This document shows, in pieces, positions 49,903 to 56,817 of a DNA stretch of 64,000 nt. The notes beneath the pieces are model-generated. The model saw nothing but the letters and a program-made list of their open reading frames with translations, had not been told where the DNA came from and did not search any database. Position 1 is the first letter of the stretch. Each line of letters opens with the position of its first letter. Where the stretch lies: the IMG/VR virus record IMGVR_UViG_3300040801_002079, positions 186,001 through 250,000 of that record; one strand, given 5' to 3'. The position numbers were made by a program, and so were the translations under genes.

Positions 49903-50107
49903 GAAGCTATTATAGCAATTTTACTCCGCAACTTCAACTATACGATCAATGCTGCCAATAAAAACGTGACCATCATAGTCCCCACCAACAACTTCTCCGG
50001 TAAAGACCCCATCTTCACGAGGAGTGTCGCTTACACGAACAACCTTCACCTTGAAAAGTCTTCCTTGAACATTTTCGTATATTACTTCATCATCTATTCT
50101 AATCATT

Positions 50108-50308
50108 TTAACAACCTGTTGTAAATAGTTCCTTGATTGCTGGACCAAAGGTTGCAAGAATTCCTGCAATACTCGCTACTGTAATCAAGCCCAGTACAAT
50201 CCATTTTGTTTTAAAATCATCTGCTGCAATTCTAAAACCAATAAATTCATTTCCTAAAACGCGAATGCTCATTTCAAATGAGCCGTCCTCATTCTTCATA
50301 TCAACCAT
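50108..50308 (-). CDS. small membrane protein
   Basis: GGGGA RBS, C-terminal TM. Confidence 0.55.
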   Translation of the reverse strand: MVDMKNEDGSFEMSIRVLGNEFIGFRIAADDFKTKWIVLGLITVASIAGILATFGPAIKELFTTGC

Positions 50309-50327
50309 TAAATTCCCCTATTAAATT

Positions 50328-50421
50328 TGGCGGTGGGGGTGGGATTTGAACCCACGGACCTGCTTTCACAGGTCGCTGGTTTTCAAGACCAGTGCAATAA
50401 ACCAGACTCTGCCACCCCACC
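50328..50421 (-). tRNA. tRNA-Ser(TGA)
   Basis: loop CTTGAAA, long V-arm. Confidence 0.95.
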
Positions 50422-50436
50422 ATTGTATATAGTGTT

Positions 50437-50531
50437 TGGCAGAAGGGATGGGATTCGAACCCATGGATGGGTGTTACCCCCATCTCCACCTTTCCAAGGT
50501 GGTGCATTAGTCCAGACTCTGCCACCCTTCT
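50437..50531 (-). tRNA. tRNA-Ser(GGA)
   Basis: loop TTGGAAA, long V-arm. Confidence 0.95.
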
Positions 50532-50534
50532 ATA

Positions 50535-51107
50535 TTAAACCATGCATCCTATCAGTAAATTAAGAGTCTTATCGTAATCATCTTGTTTCTTCTGATATTC
50601 TTCGTTTCTACCCAATATATCTATCGCTCGTTTCATTGAGTAATAATTTAGCCCATTATGAAAGTCAGTTTGAACAAAATGCTCGTGATGTTCCTCATTG
50701 AACAAATGCTGTTCCATGTCATCAATAATGACATAAGCCTCTATATCATCACGCTTTTCCAGCCATTCCGATATGCGGTGAGTGCGTCCATATAATTCGC
50801 GATCACCAGAAAGACTGAAGCCTGAGCTTTCAGTTCTTCCAACAAACACCGTTCGAGGGAAAGTAAACCCCCGTTCTACAAACATATCATAAAGCTCTTT
50901 AATGGAAAAAAGCTCTCTCCATGTACTGGAAACCACAATCTTGGCATCAGTTTGTTTAAGTATCTCCTCAAGAAGGGCTAACTTTCCCGGAGAAATGACC
51001 TCTGCTCCATGGTTATAAGGATGATCTTCAACATAATCCTTTTCCATAAAATCGGTGGTTGAGTTTAAAACTCCATCAATATCTAAAAAAATAACTTTCA
51101 TAGTCAT
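50535..51107 (-). CDS. HAD phosphatase (Swiss-army-knife RNA-repair type)
   Basis: FLDIDGVLN, VVSSTWR, YVIIDD. Confidence 0.85.
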   Translation of the reverse strand: MTMKVIFLDIDGVLNSTTDFMEKDYVEDHPYNHGAEVISPGKLALLEEILKQTDAKIVVSSTWRELFSIKELYDMFVERGFTFPRTVFVGRTESSGFSLSGDRELYGRTHRISEWLEKRDDIEAYVIIDDMEQHLFNEEHHEHFVQTDFHNGLNYYSMKRAIDILGRNEEYQKKQDDYDKTLNLLIGCMV

Positions 51108-51219
51108 CTATTTATGATATTACAAATAAGTATGGAAGTCAAGTTGACAATGGCAGTTGCCGCATTGCCTTCCGTCCCCGACACCTGTTCACACACTGCC
51201 ATGCATTATGCGGTGCCTC

Positions 51220-51292
51220 ACACCCCGACAGGAGTCGAACCTGCAACCGAGAGCTACTATGCCCCCAACTCTGCCGTTGAGTTTACGGAGTA
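51220..51292 (-). pseudogene. tRNA-like element with aberrant anticodon loop, no CCA
   Basis: acceptor TACTCCG/CGGGGTG, D and T arms, 6- or 8-nt loop around ATAGTA. Confidence 0.6.
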
Positions 51293-51301
51293 TTTCTAAT
51301 T

Positions 51302-51425
51302 TGGTATGGTCAGCGGGAGCCAAACCTTGAACGTGGTTCCGGACCTTCTGTTCATTTTTCGCAGCCTCTGCCTTCGCAATTCCGGAATGCTACTAACAGC
51401 CGTTTTATCATTAAACTATGACCAT
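51302..51425 (-). ncRNA. 124-nt tRNA-derived RNA ending ACCA
   Basis: ATGGTCA/TGACCAT acceptor, D arm, expanded interior. Confidence 0.6.
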
Positions 51426-51433
51426 ATTGTTTT

Positions 51434-51509
51434 TGGTGCAAGGTCTAGGAATCGAACCCAGTTAGTCGGCTCTTCAGACCGCTGCAATGACCACACTTGC
51501 TCACCTTGC
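51434..51509 (-). tRNA. tRNA-Phe(GAA)
   Basis: loop CTGAAGA, CCA. Confidence 0.88.
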
Positions 51510-51539
51510 AAAATCTTTTTATCATTTATAAATATAAAC

Positions 51540-51920
51540 ATGAAACTCAATAATATATTACAAGAAAACGGATATACCTATCCAACTTCAAACAAAACCA
51601 TAACACTTTACCGAGGATTATCACGAGAATTTGATCCAACATATGATAATTCAACACTGGACTCTCCAACAGGATATAGTTGCTGGTCAGATACTCCTGA
51701 ACTGGCAAGAGCTTATGCTGGAGATGATGGTTATGTTTATAAAATAGAGTTACCTTTAAAGGAATTAGGGGACACTTTTATTACTGATGATGGCGATAGG
51801 CCCCTATTTTATAAATCGGATCATGGCGCTAATATAAATGGAGCGCGTGGACAAGAATACATGATATACCATGATCATGAAAATTTCTCGCCCGATTCGA
51901 TTAAATTAACCGATTACTGA
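51540..51920 (+). CDS. ADP-ribosyltransferase-like protein with head-targeting leader
   Basis: LYRG, SCWS..A..YA, QEY (R-S-E-like); MKLNNILQE after TATAAATA. Confidence 0.6.
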   Translation: MKLNNILQENGYTYPTSNKTITLYRGLSREFDPTYDNSTLDSPTGYSCWSDTPELARAYAGDDGYVYKIELPLKELGDTFITDDGDRPLFYKSDHGANINGARGQEYMIYHDHENFSPDSIKLTDY

Positions 51921-51936
51921 ACTATAAGCATATAAT

Positions 51937-52013
51937 TGGTCTCCGTGGTGGGATTTGAACTCACAACCTCTTGGCCCCAAACCAAGTGCTCTCCCAAATT
52001 GAGCTACACGGAG
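51937..52013 (-). tRNA. tRNA-Pro(TGG) second copy
   Basis: loop TTTGGGG, CCA. Confidence 0.92.
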
Positions 52014-52021
52014 TTTGAATT

Positions 52022-52097
52022 TGGTGCATCTGGTTGGGCTTGAACCAACGGCCTCCTGCATGTCACGCAAGCGCTCTCCCAACTGAGCTACAGATGC
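52022..52097 (-). tRNA. tRNA-Val(GAC)
   Basis: loop GTGACAT, CCA. Confidence 0.92.
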
Positions 52098-52100
52098 ATA

Positions 52101-52195
52101 TGTCCATATTTTGATCCAACACTTTTTCAGAAGGACCGCGCTACCAGTTTAGCTACCAGCTTTCGCTGAACAGGACTCGAACCTGCATATGGACA
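52101..52195 (-). ncRNA. circularly permuted tRNA-like (YrlA-like) RNA
   Basis: terminal stem TGTCCATAT/ATATGGACA enclosing T arm, GAAA-closed acceptor, D arm. Confidence 0.7.
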
Positions 52196-52251
52196 CAGTG
52201 TTTCTCATTCTATACAATTCACGTTTTTTGTATATTATGAGAAACAGAAAA

Positions 52252-52866
52252 TTATTCTTTGATGTAATTAAATTTATCGAAGTCTTCACCAGCCCATTCA
52301 TTTACCAATTTTGTAGCTTCTGGTGATTTTATCTCTTCCCAAGTTCTATAGAAGGGTTTTGATTTCATAGAAAAAACAACGGGGACTTCAATATAACTCT
52401 TTACGAATGGAAGATTATTGAATTGTTCAGTTGCATGTTCTATCTGAATAAATGCATCCATACGCATATTGTTCAGCCTCTGCTCAAAATATAAATGCAG
52501 TGGAACCAAGGATGCTGCAACTTTAATACCATCTAACCCATGCTGCATCATGTTTTCCCTTTCAGCAACAACCCATTCCAACGTTGAAATCAATGTTGGC
52601 TCTTCTCCTATCATTTCCTTTATTTGGGAACCATGCATTGCATCAGGATTCATAATCAATGACCAAGCTGAGGCGAATCGATTATATGGACTCCTAACAG
52701 TGCAAAATCTAAAATAGTCTTCAGCGTATTCGGGAACCTCGTGGTTGTGGTAATGACCCCCCGAATGCTCACCTTGAAAATGTTCGGTTAAAAATTCAAA
52801 CATAGCATGAGTTCCCGTTTTAGGAACAGATACAAAAACATAGTTTAATTCTTTTGAAATTATCAT
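52252..52866 (-). CDS. sulfotransferase family 2 protein
   Basis: FVSVPKTGT, VRSPYNRFASAW, DFDKFNY. Confidence 0.8.
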   Translation of the reverse strand: MIISKELNYVFVSVPKTGTHAMFEFLTEHFQGEHSGGHYHNHEVPEYAEDYFRFCTVRSPYNRFASAWSLIMNPDAMHGSQIKEMIGEEPTLISTLEWVVAERENMMQHGLDGIKVAASLVPLHLYFEQRLNNMRMDAFIQIEHATEQFNNLPFVKSYIEVPVVFSMKSKPFYRTWEEIKSPEATKLVNEWAGEDFDKFNYIKE

Positions 52867-52971
52867 TTATTGTATTTATGAATAAAAGAGTAAGCACGAG
52901 GTTGCGAACCTTCTCCAGCATTGGCGATATGTTGCGATCATTCTCTCCGCCGCATTACTTACTCATAAATC

Positions 52972-53047
52972 TGGTGGTCCGTGCTGGACTCGAACCAGCA
53001 ACCTTTCGATTATCGGTCGAATGCTCTACCAATTGAGCTACCGGACC
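52972..53047 (-). tRNA. tRNA-Ile(GAT)
   Basis: loop CCGATAA (C33), CCA. Confidence 0.92.
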
Positions 53048-53212
53048 TTACAATTAGCCGATTGTAAATACTACAATTAGCCGATTAAAATGTCGCAATT
53101 TATCCCGCAAAATTGCGGGATAAAAATGGAGGGGGTGCCTATATACCGCAGACAAATGATACTGATAGGCTCCTCATCATTCCGTTGGTCTCCCCTCCTG
53201 ATAAATATACTT

Positions 53213-53857
53213 ATGAAACTCAAAGACCTATTAACCGAAACACCGCTGCCACCAGATTGGGATAAAGATAAATTCAAATCATCTACCCCGTTTGCGCAAC
53301 GTGTTCGCTATGCTAAAGAACGTGCAAAACAAATCGGTGTCGGTTCAGCCCGTATTGCATTTGAGGTTGAATACGAAGGCCGTCCTACTATTTTAAAAAT
53401 AGCCAAGAACAAAAAAGGGATTGCACAAAATGAATATGAATCACAAATGTTCAATGATTACTACCTGCGTAGTCTTGAAATAACCATTCCAATAATTGAC
53501 CATGATGAAGAAAATGATCCTCCGACATGGATTCATATGGAAAAGGCTGAAAAAATGAAGCCTACTCAATTTAAAAAATTCTTTAACGGTATGGACCCCC
53601 ACGAAGTCCTAGATGCCGTAACATACTTAACAGGTAAAACCCGACAATTTAATCGTCCTAGTCAAGAAACCATTGACAAATACAATGAATTATTCGAAAC
53701 AAACGAGTATATTAATAGTCTCGTAGACTTAACTGGCAATTATGATATCGAAGCCGGGGATTTTGCCCGTTTAGCAAACTGGGGAATCTATAAAGGAAAC
53801 CCCGTTATTATCGACATCGGTGGTAGTAGTGAAGTTATTAAACTTTACTATATGTAA
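53213..53857 (+). CDS. protein-kinase-like protein with head-targeting leader
   Basis: IGVGSARIAF, ILKIA, QNEYE, MEKA, D...NWG, IIDIG; MKLKDLLTE after GATAAATA. Confidence 0.75.
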   Translation: MKLKDLLTETPLPPDWDKDKFKSSTPFAQRVRYAKERAKQIGVGSARIAFEVEYEGRPTILKIAKNKKGIAQNEYESQMFNDYYLRSLEITIPIIDHDEENDPPTWIHMEKAEKMKPTQFKKFFNGMDPHEVLDAVTYLTGKTRQFNRPSQETIDKYNELFETNEYINSLVDLTGNYDIEAGDFARLANWGIYKGNPVIIDIGGSSEVIKLYYM

Positions 53858-54092
53858 ATGGTAGCTGGTGCCTACCCTATGATATTTTCTCTTATCGATT
53901 GGCCTCACAGTTCGGCGCTATCCCAGACCCGTGCGGCCTTGGCTCGACTATAGTCTAACCGCACTTCATATTTTGTAACCTTGGGGCATAATCAAGGTTA
54001 ATTCGTGCCAGCGGCTCTGTACTTTGGCCTACATGTGTGCTTTTCATCGCCCACATGACGGGGTATTCTCCCGCAACGCACTGGCTTCTATC

Positions 54093-54181
54093 TGGTGGAG
54101 GTGGAAGGATTCGAACCTACTCAGCCGCTAAGGGCAACGGGTTTACAGCCCGTCCCAGATCACCGTCTCTGGAGCACCTCC
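54093..54181 (-). tRNA. tRNA-Tyr(GTA)
   Basis: loop CTGTAAA, V-arm, CCA. Confidence 0.92.
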
Positions 54182-54189
54182 TTTAATTT

Positions 54190-54266
54190 TGGCGGAACAG
54201 AAGGGCCTCGAACCCTCACCCCCTTCCGTGACAGGGAAGTACTCTACCTACTTAAGCTACTGCTCC
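54190..54266 (-). tRNA. tRNA-Asp(GTC)
   Basis: loop CTGTCAC, CCA. Confidence 0.95.
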
Positions 54267-54620
54267 ATAATTTCTCATATGTAATAACATATAAATTCCG
54301 AAAAATATATATCATTACATATAAAAAATAAAGGGGGCGGGGCTACACATCATTTCACCATCATCACCTACAACCCATGTCCGAAGACACAACGGCACCC
54401 TACCGTACACCCCCTCATAATTAAAGGGATTTTTCACGGGGGACACGTTCACAGACGCATTCAATCCCCATACCACAGCACTAGTGATACCACTCTCCTA
54501 GTGAGTTGCGCATTGGAAGCCGGGGCATTTCAGCGCTTGCGGTGATTCCAACACCTAATTGGATTTAACGTCATCATTGCTTTGGTATACAACTCTTTTA
54601 AATCCTGCCCTTTCAGGCAT

Positions 54621-54647
54621 AAAAAAAGCGGTCTTTTGGACCGCTTC
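54621..54647 (-). terminator. attenuator terminator at head of tRNA island
   Basis: AAGCGGTC-CAAAA-GACCGCTTTTTTT. Confidence 0.85.
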
Positions 54648-54679
54648 TTTGTTTAATCTTATTTCTTTTAGGATTTACA

Positions 54680-54820
54680 TTAGTTTTTTAATCCTACGCT
54701 AAACAAAGAAGCGTTCTTGGGTAACGGTTCCGCATTATCGGTAATATACAGACGCACGAGTCCGACTACGGAATGTGACCGCGTAAATTGTATCGAACTA
54801 TGTTTCCAAAATGTCTGCAT
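54680..54820 (-). CDS. 46-aa leader peptide sampling nearly all codons (not in ORF track)
   Basis: AGGA RBS 7 nt upstream; MQTFWKHSSIQFTRSHSVVGLVRLYITDNAEPLPKNASLFSVGLKN; overlaps antiterminator strand 54700-54713. Confidence 0.8.
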   Translation of the reverse strand: MQTFWKHSSIQFTRSHSVVGLVRLYITDNAEPLPKNASLFSVGLKN

Positions 54821-54907
54821 TTCTATTTCCTATTTCGTTTCCAAAAATTATGGGTCCGTCATTTCCGCTCCAATTGCGTGGTGAGGAACCCAGCTTCATT
54901 TTTAGCT

Positions 54908-54936
54908 AGTATATAACCTTATTTAGCATTTGTCAA
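54908..54936 (-). promoter_or_regulatory. near-consensus sigma70 promoter of tRNA island with embedded late-promoter motif
   Basis: TTGACA-N17-TATACT; GCTAAATA in spacer. Confidence 0.85.
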
Positions 54937-55114
54937 CACTTTTGTAAAAAAGTTTTTTTAGTTCCTTCCGTACCATCCAGTACCCATTAGTTTAAAGTTT
55001 GTTCCAGTGGGAAATTTCTTATGCATTGGCTTTCCACACTTTTCGCATTTTACTTCAGTATCCGCAGTTTTAACAATCTTTTCTTTTTCTTCTTTGCATT
55101 CATCACAAACAAAT

Positions 55115-55459
55115 TCATAAATCGGCATACATGCTGCTCCTTAATTCTTCGAATATATCAAAATCTCTCATTTCAACATTGGCTACTACTAAAACCATAC
55201 TGTGTATTCGATGAGGAGGTATAAACGTTTGAAGTCCTAAATCATCCCTATCCACATTTGTTAATGTTATACCGTGTTCATTTACTGCCTTTCTAAATTC
55301 ACAGCTTAACACTGCTTTATTTATACTCGGAAATGGAAGCTTAAACTCTCCATATATTTTCTCAAGGTCAGACTGTGATATCTTTATAGACATACCACCT
55401 GTAAGATTAACCATTAAATATCTTTTTGTAGTCATAACATTGTCCCTGTTGGGTTCCAT
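55115..55459 (-). CDS. hypothetical protein
   Basis: coupled ORF. Confidence 0.5.
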   Translation of the reverse strand: MEPNRDNVMTTKRYLMVNLTGGMSIKISQSDLEKIYGEFKLPFPSINKAVLSCEFRKAVNEHGITLTNVDRDDLGLQTFIPPHRIHSMVLVVANVEMRDFDIFEELRSSMYADL

Positions 55460-55932
55460 GAGTGTATCATTCCCAGCAATGTCATTTTAGCTCTCTCAAA
55501 GTTATCAAAGCATGGGATATTATGCCTCTCACATACAATATCAACATTGCCTTTACGCCAAAACTCATTAGGGCAACATACAACCATCTTTTGCCGTTTA
55601 TAAGCAAATAACCCTAGTTCTAAAAGTGAAATGGGAGACTTGGTTCCCGGAGCGAAATACATGAAAATAAAAGTCGCCATTTCCTGTGCATCAAGTTCCC
55701 ACTCAACCTGCTCCCTAAATTTAGGATTATCTTTACTTTGTTCCCATGATGAGTCCCAATCGCTTCTGCGGGGATTAAGAAAAGTAACGGGATCATTCTG
55801 ATAAAACTCTATAATATCCGCTTGCCAATCTACTGCTGTACCCATTTCAATACTACCAGCCAAAAAGACTGTAGGGGTTTTATATCTATTCGCCACATTG
55901 GGAAGTGGATTAGGTGCTTCAATAACCTGCAT
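55432..55932 (-). CDS. nucleoside 2-deoxyribosyltransferase-like protein
   Basis: VFLAGSIE, NPRR.DW, QVEWEL, SPISLLELG; AAGGAG RBS before MQVIE. Confidence 0.85.
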   Translation of the reverse strand: MQVIEAPNPLPNVANRYKTPTVFLAGSIEMGTAVDWQADIIEFYQNDPVTFLNPRRSDWDSSWEQSKDNPKFREQVEWELDAQEMATFIFMYFAPGTKSPISLLELGLFAYKRQKMVVCCPNEFWRKGNVDIVCERHNIPCFDNFERAKMTLLGMIHSWNPTGTML

Positions 55933-56034
55933 GTCAGTCTCCTTAAAATTAAAACATAACATAGAGGCAAGTTTGTGTCAACAATTTTCTTCAAATGTAT
56001 AAATATAATAAGAAAATAACTTTAGGAGTTTCTC

Positions 56035-56790
56035 ATGGGAATTTTATCAGCAATCATTATGGAAAATGAAGGTTTATCCTTAAACGATTTAACACTAATA
56101 CAGCGAATGGCGCTAAAGAAAGTCTATACAGGAAGACTTGATACACTTGAGGTATCAGAAAAAGAAGAAAGAGTGTTAGACTCGCTTGTTGATCTTGGGC
56201 TATTGGATATGGGATATGATATTACTCCCGAAGGTGAACGTGCTGCAAGACTTATTGATCAATACTCTAAGAGAGAAAGAGAAGACCTAAAAGCTGCGAA
56301 ACAGCTTGCGGCTGAAATGAAACCCGATGTTGAAGACATGCCTGATGATGATGATTACATGTTCACTGAGAATGAAAAAGCGGTTATGAAAGCTGCTGGT
56401 CTCAATGAGGATGATATGAGAGAAGTGTTTAATACTCAACGCCTCATGGTTAAACTTGAAGAAAATTATCAAATACTACCAGACACTGCATACACCGCTA
56501 TAAAAAACACACCGCTAGGTCAGCTTAAAGAAATTGAACAACTGTTTGCTGACTACCATAAAAAGAACGGCAATGTTAAGTGGTTAAAGGATATGTACGA
56601 CGAAATTAAGGCTGAGGTGGAACGTAGAGAGAATGGTGAGCCGGAAGAAATGGAAGTTGAGGATGAATACTACGATGAGCCAGAAGATCAGTTCCGTGAT
56701 GACGTTGAAGCAGACGCTGATGCGTTAGCGAGTGCTGGATGGGGCGAAGACGAGGCATACGGCTATTACGGAGACGATGAGGGATGGTAA
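56035..56790 (+). CDS. acidic late/head protein
   Basis: TATAAATA promoter, AGGAG RBS. Confidence 0.65.
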   Translation: MGILSAIIMENEGLSLNDLTLIQRMALKKVYTGRLDTLEVSEKEERVLDSLVDLGLLDMGYDITPEGERAARLIDQYSKREREDLKAAKQLAAEMKPDVEDMPDDDDYMFTENEKAVMKAAGLNEDDMREVFNTQRLMVKLEENYQILPDTAYTAIKNTPLGQLKEIEQLFADYHKKNGNVKWLKDMYDEIKAEVERRENGEPEEMEVEDEYYDEPEDQFRDDVEADADALASAGWGEDEAYGYYGDDEGW

Positions 56791-56817
56791 GGCAATTCAC
56801 CCTACCCATCTATTTAA

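Noticed and set aside
51150-51202. SRP RNA-like GGAAGG motif
   Set aside because: Lacks the conserved symmetric-loop helix of 4.5S RNA
21176-54266. Stop-codon recoding or suppressor tRNA
   Set aside because: No CTA/TTA/TCA anticodon seen; core genes are intact in the standard code
54798-54899. Alternative near-leaderless uORF (MKLGSSPRNW...)
   Set aside because: No RBS, repeated Gly/Asn/Ile codons, and it ends far from the antiterminator; the 54820 ORF fits better
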